Source of the DNA: a virus
Lineage: Duplodnaviria > Caudoviricetes
IMG/VR virus record: IMGVR_UViG_3300007622_000001
Span: 1-35,541 of that record
Length of the DNA: 35,541 nucleotides
Strand: one strand, 5' to 3'
A program made the translations under genes and the position numbers. Each line of letters begins with the position of its first letter. The stretch's first letter is position 1. The notes below the pieces were generated by a model. It saw nothing but the letters and a program-made list of their open reading frames with translations. It made no database searches and was not told the origin of the DNA. Shown here piece by piece: positions 17,880-30,061 of the stretch.

Positions 17880-18797
17880 TTACCAAGCTGCTCCTAATGC
17901 GGGACCATTGCCTACACCTGGGGATACCCTTACTCTTGGACCCAACCCATAACTAGATCCGCTAAGTTGTAAACCACCAGAATAGATTATTGGTTGATTA
18001 CTAGATGGTGCCGTTAGGTAATCTTGATAGTTCTTTAAGTTTGTAACAAATTGTTCTCTATAAACCCTTGACATTTCAGCATCTTCTTGGAACTGATAAA
18101 TGCGCGACATTGTATAAGCAATCAAGCATGCTTGCAATTCGTTGTCTAAGTCTACATACTGAGTACTTGCTGGGTTGTTTTGGTTAGCATCAGACAGCCA
18201 GCTTAAGTTTGGTTGACGGTATCCTCTGACCTGTAAAAAGTATGTCATGTTTGGTCGCGGCCATAGGTACAATGAATTTGAATATAAAGAGAAATAAGCT
18301 GGAATATTAATTTGGTTATTAGAACCTATCCAAATTCTTTCAGCTTGATGTTGACTAATATAAATTAACTCAAGACCAAAACCAGCAAGCTCGTCAGTTC
18401 CTTGAATAGCAATAACGTTAGTTAATTCTTTGATACCAGGTACTACTATAAGCTCAAGAGTGTCAGGGTCTTCGTATGTGTACCCTTCCATGCTAGCTGG
18501 CAAATCATAGTTTACAATATCTGTTGGCGCAGTTGAGTTTGTAACAGTAAATACTTCCTCATCACCAAATATTAATTGAGTTCCTTCAGTTACGGTAGTA
18601 GTATAATTTGCTTCAAACCAAGGCCAACGAACTTCAGAATCTACAATTGTTTGAAAACCTTCTTTAAGAAATTGTACTACTAAGTCTTGACTGATATCAT
18701 CAGTGTTTTCATTGGAGCCAATTTCTAATTGAGAAAGACTTTCAAGCAGTGATAATAAATTAAAACAATTTAAACCACCCGTTGGATCTATTGCCAT
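17880..18797 (-). CDS. Head-tail adaptor protein
   Basis: RWPWFE, LYLWPRP and helical C-terminus; position after the capsid gene. Confidence 0.65.
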   Translation of the reverse strand: MAIDPTGGLNCFNLLSLLESLSQLEIGSNENTDDISQDLVVQFLKEGFQTIVDSEVRWPWFEANYTTTVTEGTQLIFGDEEVFTVTNSTAPTDIVNYDLPASMEGYTYEDPDTLELIVVPGIKELTNVIAIQGTDELAGFGLELIYISQHQAERIWIGSNNQINIPAYFSLYSNSLYLWPRPNMTYFLQVRGYRQPNLSWLSDANQNNPASTQYVDLDNELQACLIAYTMSRIYQFQEDAEMSRVYREQFVTNLKNYQDYLTAPSSNQPIIYSGGLQLSGSSYGLGPRVRVSPGVGNGPALGAAW

Positions 18798-18806
18798 GTT
18801 AAATTC

Positions 18807-19085
18807 CTATTCTTTAGACTTTGCTAATTTTTCCATTCGCTTAAGATGACCGATGCAGAAATCAGTTCCTTTAGCTTTAGGTGCGCGGCATCTTTCTTCT
18901 TTAAGATTAAAACCAATACAAGTAGGCATTGCGGCAACATACTCAACACCAGAAGGTGGAGCAAGTTCAGTATTAGATTGTACGTAGCTAGGCATAATCC
19001 CTGCAACATCTTGTCCAGGTCTTGGAGAATTATACATCTCACATCCTGCTAAAACTTGACTTGTATATACTGGTTGTCTTGTCAT
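18807..19085 (-). CDS. Hypothetical protein with C-terminal C3H Zn-finger-like motif
   Basis: C-x8-C-x9-CxxH; AAGGA RBS. Confidence 0.7.
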   Translation of the reverse strand: MTRQPVYTSQVLAGCEMYNSPRPGQDVAGIMPSYVQSNTELAPPSGVEYVAAMPTCIGFNLKEERCRAPKAKGTDFCIGHLKRMEKLAKSKE

Positions 19086-19111
19086 ATGTTTAATCCTTCA
19101 TTTGATAATTT

Positions 19112-19139
19112 GTTCTTTATATACTATACAAAATTTTCC
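19112..19139 (-). promoter_or_regulatory. Conserved late-promoter-like motif, copy upstream of 19085
   Basis: GGAAAA TTTTGT ATAG TATATA AAGAAC. Confidence 0.55.
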
Positions 19140-19143
19140 ATTT

Positions 19144-19240
19144 AAAAGGAAATAGCTGGCACCAAGAGAGTTGCCCGAAGGATGACAACCTTTCAACTCT
19201 TAGCACCAGCTAAACCTATTTTAACTAGCCGAAGCTAATT
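19144..19240 (-). terminator. Structured 3' UTR and terminator after the capsid gene
   Basis: AATTAGC-TTCG-GCTAGTT hairpin (19223-19240), then a 60-nt stem-loop (19153-19212) followed by TTTCCTTTT. Confidence 0.75.
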
Positions 19241-19246
19241 AATTAT

Positions 19247-20224
19247 TTATGCGTCAGCTGACAAGTAGCCCTGACGTGAACGGTTAGAGCAAGTAAGCTG
19301 TCCGTAGGCCAAGACGATGGCGTAACGAGCATCTTTCTGTGCTACTGTACCTTGTTGGAATGGCGTTGTGGTCCACCAATGTCCGTTCATACCAGTGAGC
19401 TTGAGGTACTTCGTATTAAGGAAGTACATCGATGCATTGGATGATTGGTTACCTGGCATTGCAAGGTCAAACACAACTGGTGTCTGCTTGAACATCAAGT
19501 TTTGAAAACCAGCATTAGCTTTAGCTACGTCCTGGTAACGTACGTTTGGTGTCAACAGAGACTCATACTTGCTGAACAATGGCTCAGTTGTTATGATGAT
19601 ATCTGGTGTGTCGTTACCCTTCGATGCATTGTTGTACACGTTTGCCATGTTAACAAGGCTCAAAGTTGCGTTTTGAATACCTGCTGGAATGGTTGGGTTC
19701 CACCATGCTTCGGTTGCTCCGTCAATGCCACCAACTGCTGTGTTTAGTGAACCAGCGAAACCGCCGATACCATTAAACTCAAGTGGGTTGGTTGTACCGT
19801 CGTTCGAGCTAAGGAGCTGGTCGTTGACGAGCTTCTTAATTGACATTTCGGCTTGCATAATTTTAGCATTAAGCAACTTGATAATTGCTTCGGTTCCACG
19901 GTTCTTGGCTTCTTCGATACCGCTAATTGCGATGGATGCAGCAATCTGCTTCCAGTCGTAAATGGCAGACGTGATGCCTTCTTGTGGAGTCAAAGAAATG
20001 TTATCGTAGTCAGCGTATGATGCAGCAGTTGTGTTTTCCTCATAGAGTACTGGCTCAACTATCTGGGTTCCGCCTTCTTCCATAACAACTCTTCCACCTG
20101 AATTCAGGTGGTTCAAGAGCACTAAGTCCTTGAAGATGTTATCAACCAGTGTTGGCTGGTAGTTTTGCAATGTCGTTGAAAACAGTGCATTCATATCTAC
20201 AGTGTTCACGTTTGGTGAAGTCAT
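19247..20224 (-). CDS. Major capsid protein (HK97 fold expected)
   Basis: 325 aa after the scaffold; STTLQNY..LVDNIF, GGTQIVEP, NAGFQNLMF, GQLTCSNR..QG; strong RBS and terminator. Confidence 0.88.
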   Translation of the reverse strand: MTSPNVNTVDMNALFSTTLQNYQPTLVDNIFKDLVLLNHLNSGGRVVMEEGGTQIVEPVLYEENTTAASYADYDNISLTPQEGITSAIYDWKQIAASIAISGIEEAKNRGTEAIIKLLNAKIMQAEMSIKKLVNDQLLSSNDGTTNPLEFNGIGGFAGSLNTAVGGIDGATEAWWNPTIPAGIQNATLSLVNMANVYNNASKGNDTPDIIITTEPLFSKYESLLTPNVRYQDVAKANAGFQNLMFKQTPVVFDLAMPGNQSSNASMYFLNTKYLKLTGMNGHWWTTTPFQQGTVAQKDARYAIVLAYGQLTCSNRSRQGYLSADA

Positions 20225-20261
20225 TTTATTTTACTCCTTTATGAGTATGTTAGTGTTTTAA

Positions 20262-21056
20262 TTAAAGCCCCAAACCTTTTTTGGCTTGTTCAAAGGCTTC
20301 AAATACTGTTTTAGGTTGAATAGTAGCAGCTGGACTTCCACCCTTAGAAGATGCGCCTGTGGAAACAATTGTTGCCGAACGCTTAGCTTGAACTCTAGCT
20401 TGCTCATCAGCCAGTTTTTTGCTGGATTCAGAAGCTTTAGAATAAACTTTATCAAAAGTAATCTGTTTAAAGATTGCTTCTAAATCAGTTGACCCTGATG
20501 CCATAGCTTTAGCTACAACTTCATCTGGATTAAAATCTTCACCGTACTTGCTTTGTAATTTGTCGATAGTTTTAGTTAACTCATCCATAGCTTTAGATTG
20601 CTCGAAAGCTGCAATGCGTTGCTCTAACTGTCGCATTTGCTTTTCAGCTGGATCCAACCATTCCTCTTCTTCAGGAATTGCTGCAACCGTTCCCACACCG
20701 TAGTGCTGCTGTAAAGCCTGCAAGGTGCCTGCTGGGTCTTCTTGCAACGATTGTGCAAGAGTAGCAGCAAATTCAACTTGCTTTCTTTGTTCGCTAAGTT
20801 CCTGTGTCTTACGGGTATAATCCGCTTGACGCTGGTACCCAGCTAGAGCCTCTTGTAACGGTACTTGTACCTCTTCGCCATCTACTTGTAGCTTAACGAA
20901 CTTATCGTTATACTGTGTAAAGTCGAATAACTCTGGCTCTTCTATTACGCCTGCTTCACCTAATTCCTCGACTTGTCCATCTTCGATAATGGGGTCGATT
21001 ACTTCAGTACTAGCACTAGCATCATTTATTACTTCATTACTCATTTTGGAGTCCAT
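20262..21056 (-). CDS. Capsid scaffolding protein
   Basis: Acidic N-terminus; VKLQVDGEEVQV..GYQRQADYTRKTQELSE motif; lies between portal and capsid. Confidence 0.85.
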   Translation of the reverse strand: MDSKMSNEVINDASASTEVIDPIIEDGQVEELGEAGVIEEPELFDFTQYNDKFVKLQVDGEEVQVPLQEALAGYQRQADYTRKTQELSEQRKQVEFAATLAQSLQEDPAGTLQALQQHYGVGTVAAIPEEEEWLDPAEKQMRQLEQRIAAFEQSKAMDELTKTIDKLQSKYGEDFNPDEVVAKAMASGSTDLEAIFKQITFDKVYSKASESSKKLADEQARVQAKRSATIVSTGASSKGGSPAATIQPKTVFEAFEQAKKGLGL

Positions 21057-21070
21057 CCTTCTAGTTGGTT

Positions 21071-21098
21071 GTTCCTATATATATGTAAAGTTTTTTAC
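21071..21098 (-). promoter_or_regulatory. Conserved late-promoter-like motif, copy upstream of the scaffold
   Basis: GTAAAA AACTTT ACAT ATATAT AGGAAC. Confidence 0.6.
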
Positions 21099-21105
21099 AT
21101 AAACC

Positions 21106-23082
21106 TTATTGTTGCGGCGCCTGACCTTGTAAGGCAGCCAATATTTCTGGTGGTAAACCTTCTAATTCAGGAGGTAATCCGCCTTGTTGTGGTGCTTGAC
21201 CTTGTAAAGCAGCTAGTATTTCTGGTGGTAAACCTGCTAATTCAGGAGGTAATCCACCTTCTTGTGGTGGACCTTGCTGTGGAGGACCACCTTGTCCACC
21301 CTGTAAAGCAGCCATTAATTCTGGAGGTAATTCCTCCATGCCGCCTTGCTCTTCTTCCATTCCTGCCATATCATCTGGAGCCATACCTGGTGGCATACCT
21401 TCTGGTGGCATACCTTCCATACCCGGTGGCATGCCTTGCGGTGCTTGTTGTTCTGGGCTTTGTAAGAAAGCTGATGCATTCTTTACTCCGAATCCAGTAC
21501 TTAAAACATACTCAGCCAACTTAGGTAGGTTGACAAGTCCTGCTTCGGCAAATGGTTGCATTGCTGAAACAATCTGCATAGCCATATCTCTACGGAAAGC
21601 TTCGTTACGTGGGGCTGTGGATCCAGCCTCAACTGTAAAATCAAACTCACCAGAAATATAATCTTTATCAAATGTCAACCATACAGGTGCATTCTCACTG
21701 CCTACTATTCTTACAGTTTGCTCACCAGTTAAATACTGTTGGGCTAGCATTATAAGATTAGAAGCACATGCAGCTATACAATTTTCAATTTGAATAAGTT
21801 TCTCAGATACTCTAGCATTACCAGCTTCAGCAATGATTGATGCTTCGCGGGCGGTACGAGTAGTCTCTGGAATAGAACCACGCTGATATTCAGATACACC
21901 TGACACACGGTCAATGTCTGCTTCAATTGATTCACTCATCTTATAGAATTCAGGTGGGTTAATATAAGCCGGCATTGCCGCAACTACGTTACTTAAGTTC
22001 TCATTGCCCTTAACTGGAACCAACACGTTGTCATCGTCTGATGCCAAAGCCTGACGTCCAACATCATCGAATGCTGATTCACTAAATAGATACTTACGGG
22101 AGAAGCGCTTTCTGTGGTTCATCATCTGTGTACGAGTTTCATTTAATTCGTACTGCAATGGCTCGATTGCTTCTAGTTCACCCATTGGATAAAAGAATCC
22201 AGGGATTTCATAGTTACGCAACATGATAAAAGGATGACCAAATACATATGGCATCTTTATTGGCTTAACTAAAAACTTGTCACCAGTCTCTGAAAATATA
22301 CACATCTCACCAGTATCAACATTATAATATTCAAAGATGTTACACATAGCTTCTTGTGAATCATAGTTGAAATCAGAAGCATTGGTAGTTAGGTAATCTA
22401 CTGACGATGAGTTAATAGATGGTCCTACATTTTGTCTTGCAGAATAATCATAACGTTCATCATTCTTAACATCTTTTAATGTGCGGCGACTTCTTTGTGC
22501 AATCCAACGTAGGTCATTCATATCTGTTGCATAAGGATCCACAAACATACTAAATGGGTCAACACGTTCTAGGAATGGACGGTCTTCTCTAATTATAAAT
22601 GTTGATTCAACATCACCTGTTGGTGGGTTTTCCGTACTTGCAGCTTCATCAGCAGTGTCTTCAATATTATCAAGCTTTTCTTCTTCAACAAAACGATAAC
22701 CAGTCTTAACCCAACCATGACCCATAATCAAATAATCTTTTGCTGCTCTTTGGAACTCTGGCTGACAACCGTAATGCTGCCACCAATAGTTAATGATTGA
22801 TTCTGTTACAACAGCTTTATCACCATCTTCTGGTCTACGTGGATTAACATTAATCTTTGGACGACCAATAGCAATTGCAGGGGCTAGAGTATTGATAGTT
22901 GCAAATGCAATATTAACAAGCAATCTATCACCGGCTCCAGCACCACGATAATGTCTACCACGATACAAATTAATTAAACGTTGCCAAAGTTGAATATAGT
23001 TTTGATTTTGCAATATTCTTTGTGACAGGTCAATCTTCTGTCTGTACTGACTTAACTTATCTGAGTTACTTTGACGCGCCAT
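21106..23082 (-). CDS. Portal protein (P22-like) with low-complexity C-terminal tail
   Basis: KDYLIMGHGWVK, RVDPFSMFVDP, IDRVSGVSEYQRG..RTAREA motifs; upstream of scaffold and capsid. Confidence 0.88.
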   Translation of the reverse strand: MARQSNSDKLSQYRQKIDLSQRILQNQNYIQLWQRLINLYRGRHYRGAGAGDRLLVNIAFATINTLAPAIAIGRPKINVNPRRPEDGDKAVVTESIINYWWQHYGCQPEFQRAAKDYLIMGHGWVKTGYRFVEEEKLDNIEDTADEAASTENPPTGDVESTFIIREDRPFLERVDPFSMFVDPYATDMNDLRWIAQRSRRTLKDVKNDERYDYSARQNVGPSINSSSVDYLTTNASDFNYDSQEAMCNIFEYYNVDTGEMCIFSETGDKFLVKPIKMPYVFGHPFIMLRNYEIPGFFYPMGELEAIEPLQYELNETRTQMMNHRKRFSRKYLFSESAFDDVGRQALASDDDNVLVPVKGNENLSNVVAAMPAYINPPEFYKMSESIEADIDRVSGVSEYQRGSIPETTRTAREASIIAEAGNARVSEKLIQIENCIAACASNLIMLAQQYLTGEQTVRIVGSENAPVWLTFDKDYISGEFDFTVEAGSTAPRNEAFRRDMAMQIVSAMQPFAEAGLVNLPKLAEYVLSTGFGVKNASAFLQSPEQQAPQGMPPGMEGMPPEGMPPGMAPDDMAGMEEEQGGMEELPPELMAALQGGQGGPPQQGPPQEGGLPPELAGLPPEILAALQGQAPQQGGLPPELEGLPPEILAALQGQAPQQ

Positions 23083-23083
23083 A

Positions 23084-23344
23084 TTAACAATCCCACTTCT
23101 TTAATGCCAACGCTTTACGTGTTGGTCTTCCCTTAGAATCTTTCATTGGTCCTGGATTTCCTTCCATCCTAGCGCAAAATGATTTTCTTCTTGCGGCATC
23201 TTTTGGTGACTTCGCAGCTTGCTTAGCAGTAACTGGTGGTTTTAAATTCATGCCTTGTGCTTTTGCAGATGCGCGGCCTTTAGCATTTAATCCACCCGTA
23301 GGACTCTTACCTTCTTTGCGTTGCCATGCAGCAGTCTTAGCCAC
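23084..23344 (-). CDS. Small basic phage protein, DUF6321-like
   Basis: AWQRKEGK.P.GGLNAKGRAS, RRKSFCARM, LKKWDC. Confidence 0.75.
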   Translation of the reverse strand: MAKTAAWQRKEGKSPTGGLNAKGRASAKAQGMNLKPPVTAKQAAKSPKDAARRKSFCARMEGNPGPMKDSKGRPTRKALALKKWDC

Positions 23345-23516
23345 GTTTCTTTTTCCTTGCAGCTTTCATATTATCAATTAGATTTGGGTAAGGACGTCCA
23401 GCTGCTTCTGCAGAAGCTTTTGCTGCTGCTTTCTTAGCTGATGATAACTTCTTTGGTGAACCTAAAGATTTAGGACGTGCCTTTTCCCATACTGGTTTAC
23501 TTTTTTTTGCGGCCAT
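23337..23516 (-). CDS. Small Lys/Ala-rich protein, 59 aa
   Basis: MAAKKSKPVWEKARP...AGRPYPNLIDNM; TAATG coupling; below the track cutoff. Confidence 0.7.
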   Translation of the reverse strand: MAAKKSKPVWEKARPKSLGSPKKLSSAKKAAAKASAEAAGRPYPNLIDNMKAARKKKRG

Positions 23517-23641
23517 TATTTTTTGTTCTGCTTTACTGGTACGTTGTTAGTAACTTTTTTCTTTTTCTTCTTAGGATACTTTTGCGTAGTGGTACTGTTC
23601 ATAGCATCCATATCCCTCATCTGGATGTTAGGAACTGGCAT
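23516..23641 (-). CDS. Small Lys-rich protein, 41 aa
   Basis: MPVPNIQMRD...PKKKKKK; TAATG coupling on both sides. Confidence 0.6.
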   Translation of the reverse strand: MPVPNIQMRDMDAMNSTTTQKYPKKKKKKVTNNVPVKQNKK

Positions 23642-24036
23642 TATTTAGCGCTTGCGTAGAGACCAAGTTCAACTGTAACAGTACCTATTACAGAAACAAA
23701 AGTTGATGGGTCTGCAAAATACACACCAAATTCTGCTAGACCAGCAATGCTACCTCTATAGTTTTTAGCAAATCCTGTTGGAGTTGCACCAACAACATTT
23801 GTTACCACAGCTGTTGATGAAGCATCTTCTGCGTCATTTAATGCCCATAATCCTGGTGAGTTTGCGTTATTTCCTGCACCACCCCAGAATGATATTGTTC
23901 CATCCCAACCTTCATCTGATGTAACAGTTACTACTATTGTGTCATAACCAGCAACATTGCTTGGGAACCAGTCAGCTGGATAGTTGTATGGGCCAGGCCC
24001 AGCATATGTGTAAGTCTTTTCAATTTGTAAAAACAT
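23641..24036 (-). CDS. Beta-rich hypothetical (possible capsid decoration) protein
   Basis: 131 aa, T/G/S/A-rich with beta-strand patterning; AAGG RBS. Confidence 0.6.
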   Translation of the reverse strand: MFLQIEKTYTYAGPGPYNYPADWFPSNVAGYDTIVVTVTSDEGWDGTISFWGGAGNNANSPGLWALNDAEDASSTAVVTNVVGATPTGFAKNYRGSIAGLAEFGVYFADPSTFVSVIGTVTVELGLYASAK

Positions 24037-24073
24037 TATTTACCTTTTGCTTTCTTGTTGGAGTTCTTCATTA

Positions 24074-24688
24074 TTATTCTGGTCTATTTTCCATTGAACC
24101 TGAGCCACCTGATTGAGGACCTGATTTCTTCTGGAATTTATTCTTCTTGTCCCAAGTTGCACGTGCCTTTACTCTTGCAGCTTTTTCTTTTGCACTGCGT
24201 GGCTTACCTGCAGGTGTTGGCTTAATGCCAAGTCTGTCTAGTTGCTTTTGTACATATGCACGACGTGCTGCTTCTCTTGGAGCTTGCTTAAGTTTTACAT
24301 ATGGCTTAGCAGCTTTAGCTGTAGCTTTTACAACAACAACTGGCGCACTAACTTTATCATACTTTGCATCAGTTACCATACGAGCAGTATTAGCTTTTTT
24401 ATCTTTTGCTTTTGCTTGTGCAGTCATATCTGCTTGTTCTGCTTTAGGAATTGGTTTAGAAGAAGATGGCTTATTGAAACCTTCTGGTTTACCAACAGCA
24501 GGTATTCCACCCTTAGCAAAAAAGTTTACAACACTTTTTCCAATATTACCAACTGCTGCACGATTAGCAGCTGCGGAACCCGGTGTTGGTTTAGTTGATT
24601 TTTCCGCTGACTTATATGCTTCTGCCATTGTTGGTTTAGCTGCTGGCTTTTGCCCTGGTGGATATTTTTTATCTTTTTGACTGGCCAT
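24074..24688 (-). CDS. Lys/Ala/Pro-rich basic protein, 204 aa
   Basis: Composition; AAGGAG RBS. Confidence 0.7.
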   Translation of the reverse strand: MASQKDKKYPPGQKPAAKPTMAEAYKSAEKSTKPTPGSAAANRAAVGNIGKSVVNFFAKGGIPAVGKPEGFNKPSSSKPIPKAEQADMTAQAKAKDKKANTARMVTDAKYDKVSAPVVVVKATAKAAKPYVKLKQAPREAARRAYVQKQLDRLGIKPTPAGKPRSAKEKAARVKARATWDKKNKFQKKSGPQSGGSGSMENRPE

Positions 24689-24690
24689 GA

Positions 24691-24906
24691 TTATTGCTCC
24701 TTATTTGATTTTCTTGTTGGTTTTTTTAAATGCCAATTGATATGGCCATCTAACTTGTCATCTACTTTATCTACCTTACTAGCAACCATTTTTAATAGTT
24801 CTCTAGCTTCAGCATGTTGAGTAGTATTTTCTTTTCTAAGGCTTTGAACTACAACAACTAGTGGTCCACCAATAACAGCAACCACTAGCGGCACTAGCCA
24901 TTCCAT
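24691..24906 (-). CDS. N-terminal TM plus coiled-coil protein (DUF2746-like)
   Basis: TM helix, RKENTTQH, KVDKVDDKLDGHINWH. Confidence 0.65.
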   Translation of the reverse strand: MEWLVPLVVAVIGGPLVVVVQSLRKENTTQHAEARELLKMVASKVDKVDDKLDGHINWHLKKPTRKSNKEQ

Positions 24907-25127
24907 TAGATTAGTTCTTTTCTTGCGGGAATCTTTTCAATCTCGCCGGCTTTAAATCTTGGGGAATCTTCCATAGCTCTTTGCTGTTCTCTTTCAGTTG
25001 GTCCATGAAAAGCTTCTTGCCCATAAGTAAAACCTAATCGAACATCTTTAACATGACACTTGAAGCAAAGCTGCCTCTTCAGGTCATTTTCTGAGTCAAT
25101 CGGTCTTTCGCAGGTTGAACACTTCAT
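24906..25127 (-). CDS. Small Zn-ribbon protein, 73 aa
   Basis: CSTC...CFKCH; AGGAG RBS. Confidence 0.7.
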   Translation of the reverse strand: MKCSTCERPIDSENDLKRQLCFKCHVKDVRLGFTYGQEAFHGPTEREQQRAMEDSPRFKAGEIEKIPARKELI

Positions 25128-25130
25128 ATA

Positions 25131-25158
25131 TCTCCTATTATACTATAAAATTTTTTAC
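25131..25158 (-). promoter_or_regulatory. Conserved late-promoter-like motif, copy upstream of 25127
   Basis: GTAAAA AATTTT ATAG TATAAT AGGAGA. Confidence 0.6.
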
Positions 25159-25162
25159 ATGT

Positions 25163-26752
25163 CTAGTAATTATTAAATTCACCGATCCAATGGCGTTCAC
25201 GAGTCTTCTCTTTCTTAATAACACTCTTAGCAAAATAAGCTAAGGTCCCAAATGCAGGGTCAGTTTTAGGGGTGTACTCTGGTAGCCAAACATACTTAAG
25301 CATCTGGTTAGCAATGGCTAGGGACATCACGCGGTCGTCATGAGGGGAACCGTGTGTAGCTCCATTGTCATCACGGACAAAGGTCTTAAGTTCAGCAATC
25401 GTATATTCACACTTTAAATCTAAAGCACCGTCTCTTAGGTTAGCATTGAGTTCGTCTATGGCTAGAGGCTTTGACAAGGTTGTTGTGCGCCAACCCAGTT
25501 TTTCTCCCGGTTCTGAATGTCGTGTATTTAATTGACGTTGTCTATAAAGATTAATATAATTAGCTTTATGTAAAGATGTTAAAGTTGTTAAACCGTGGTT
25601 ATTAGATTCAACACCTATTAAAGCTTCATTATAAAAGAAGCCTAATGCATATAATATATCTTCTCCAAATTTGTCTGGATCCACATGCCCGTGCCAGTGA
25701 GCAACAATCTGTCCGGACTTAGCATCAATCACATGAGCAGCAGAATAGTCACCTCTAGCTAAACCTTCAGCAACGTCAGCTCCAATAACATACCTAGCAC
25801 TTGCTTGCGGCAATTGCCATATAGACAAAGGGCCACCAGAAGATTCAAACATGTAGGAGTTCCTAATATCTGAAAGCTTTTTATTAAAACCTTTTTTAGG
25901 AACTTCAGTTATAAATTTCATTAAAGCATCAATGTCAAAGACTGGACGCCCCGAACGAATAAAGGCTTCTTCGGGATTTGACGGGTACTCTTGATGTAAT
26001 TGCCATGGTGGTAGTTCTGCTTTTTGCGCGTCATACCAGGCTTGGTCTCTGTCTGATGCTGACCATGGAAAGAAGATTCCACGGAAACGATTAGTCCCAG
26101 TTTGAGAACCATGCCACAAATTAAAGAATATATTACCTTCACCCTTGGCAGTAGACAGACAGATTACTCGACCACCTACGTCAGCAATAGGCTCTATTGA
26201 TGCCCAGGCTTCTTCAGGGTTAGGCAAGAACGCCATCTCATCGATTATAGCCAAGTATACGGATTCACCACGAGCAGGCTCATTAGCAGATGGCATTGAT
26301 TCAATTACAGAATCATTACCAAACGACATCTTAAGAACGTTATTTTGTAATAGTTCGGGACCAGATAATCTTATAAAGTCTGGCAAGAACTTGTAGATAT
26401 ATTTAGCTTTAGATAAAAGTTTTGCAGCTTCACGTTCAGTCTTTGAAAGCATGACCACAAATCTGTCTGGCCAAAAGAAAGTAATCCAGAAAGAATAAGC
26501 TGCTGCCAGTGTGGAGAATCCGATCTGACGTGCTTTAAGTACTATGGTATATCTATCACTTAACCATACTTTAACAGTTTCTTTTTGCGCGTCCCTTAAA
26601 ACAAGAGGGATACGTCCTTTGTTAGGATGTTTAATAGATGCATAGTTTTCACAGAAGAAAGCAAATGCTTCTGCTAGTTCTGCTGGTGTTGCGTTCTCTG
26701 GACCACGGCACTTACGAAAGTTATATTCGTTTAAGAGTTCATCTAAGTTCAC
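25163..26752 (-). CDS. terL: Terminase large subunit
   Basis: LKARQIGFST Walker A, LAIIDEMAF Walker B, LSTAKG, YVIGADVAEG nuclease motif, HDDRVMSLAIA. Confidence 0.95.
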   Translation of the reverse strand: MNLDELLNEYNFRKCRGPENATPAELAEAFAFFCENYASIKHPNKGRIPLVLRDAQKETVKVWLSDRYTIVLKARQIGFSTLAAAYSFWITFFWPDRFVVMLSKTEREAAKLLSKAKYIYKFLPDFIRLSGPELLQNNVLKMSFGNDSVIESMPSANEPARGESVYLAIIDEMAFLPNPEEAWASIEPIADVGGRVICLSTAKGEGNIFFNLWHGSQTGTNRFRGIFFPWSASDRDQAWYDAQKAELPPWQLHQEYPSNPEEAFIRSGRPVFDIDALMKFITEVPKKGFNKKLSDIRNSYMFESSGGPLSIWQLPQASARYVIGADVAEGLARGDYSAAHVIDAKSGQIVAHWHGHVDPDKFGEDILYALGFFYNEALIGVESNNHGLTTLTSLHKANYINLYRQRQLNTRHSEPGEKLGWRTTTLSKPLAIDELNANLRDGALDLKCEYTIAELKTFVRDDNGATHGSPHDDRVMSLAIANQMLKYVWLPEYTPKTDPAFGTLAYFAKSVIKKEKTRERHWIGEFNNY

Positions 26753-27557
26753 GCCAAAATTCCAATCCTGAATATTTCTTTATTGTTTCTGGCAGGAGCA
26801 CGTCTTCTGGTCTTCTAGACACTTTTTGCATTTGTGGTCGAATCGTGTGTAGATTCTTAATGCCTGTAAGACTGTCTTCAGAGATGCCTGAGCGGTCTTC
26901 AATGTTATTAAATTTATGATTGTATTTCTCAATTTCCAAGAATGCATATATTTTATTAATCTCCTGCTCTGGGTAAGTTATTAAATCATCATAGTCTACA
27001 AAATGGAATATGTAACGATACTCTGGAATTAAAGCATGCTTCATAAAATTTAAACTTAAAGCTATATCTTTATCATTGCGCATTAAGAAGTCTGCTCTTC
27101 TGTCTGCTAATGGTAAATTGCCAAAAGTTTGAACTAACACTTGTTCATCCATTTGATTATTTTTAGAATCAGGATGAGCATTAATAATTGTATCAAACGA
27201 AACTATAACATCTAAAACATTTCTTACTGGACATATTATTTTAATATCTTTTGTTATATATCTATTAATTAATTCTACACCTAGCGGGTTTGGCCAATTA
27301 AGATTTTTATCAATAATGTACTTAGCTGACTTGTCTTGGTAAAACGCGTGTGGAATGGTTGCAATCGTGTCATCTATTGCAACGCCTCTATTATAATCTA
27401 AATTCTCTAATTCATTGTGACTTTGTGTTTGCGTAAGCATCATTCTAAATAATGGACTTGCCGGCGAAACCCACACATCTGGATTTTGATTTAATATTGC
27501 ACTAAGTATTGTTGCGCCAGAACGTTGCATCCCAGCCATAAAAAAGAATTGCTTCAT
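26739..27557 (-). CDS. Sulfotransferase-family protein
   Basis: GMQRSGATILSAILNQNP PAPS-binding loop, IIDK, CPVRNVLDVIVS, VDYDDL..PEQ. Confidence 0.88.
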   Translation of the reverse strand: MKQFFFMAGMQRSGATILSAILNQNPDVWVSPASPLFRMMLTQTQSHNELENLDYNRGVAIDDTIATIPHAFYQDKSAKYIIDKNLNWPNPLGVELINRYITKDIKIICPVRNVLDVIVSFDTIINAHPDSKNNQMDEQVLVQTFGNLPLADRRADFLMRNDKDIALSLNFMKHALIPEYRYIFHFVDYDDLITYPEQEINKIYAFLEIEKYNHKFNNIEDRSGISEDSLTGIKNLHTIRPQMQKVSRRPEDVLLPETIKKYSGLEFWRELR

Positions 27558-27580
27558 TTGTTTCCCTCGTAATTGCTTAC

Positions 27581-30049
<2,469 letters not shown>

Positions 30050-30061
30050 TTATTGGCCATG

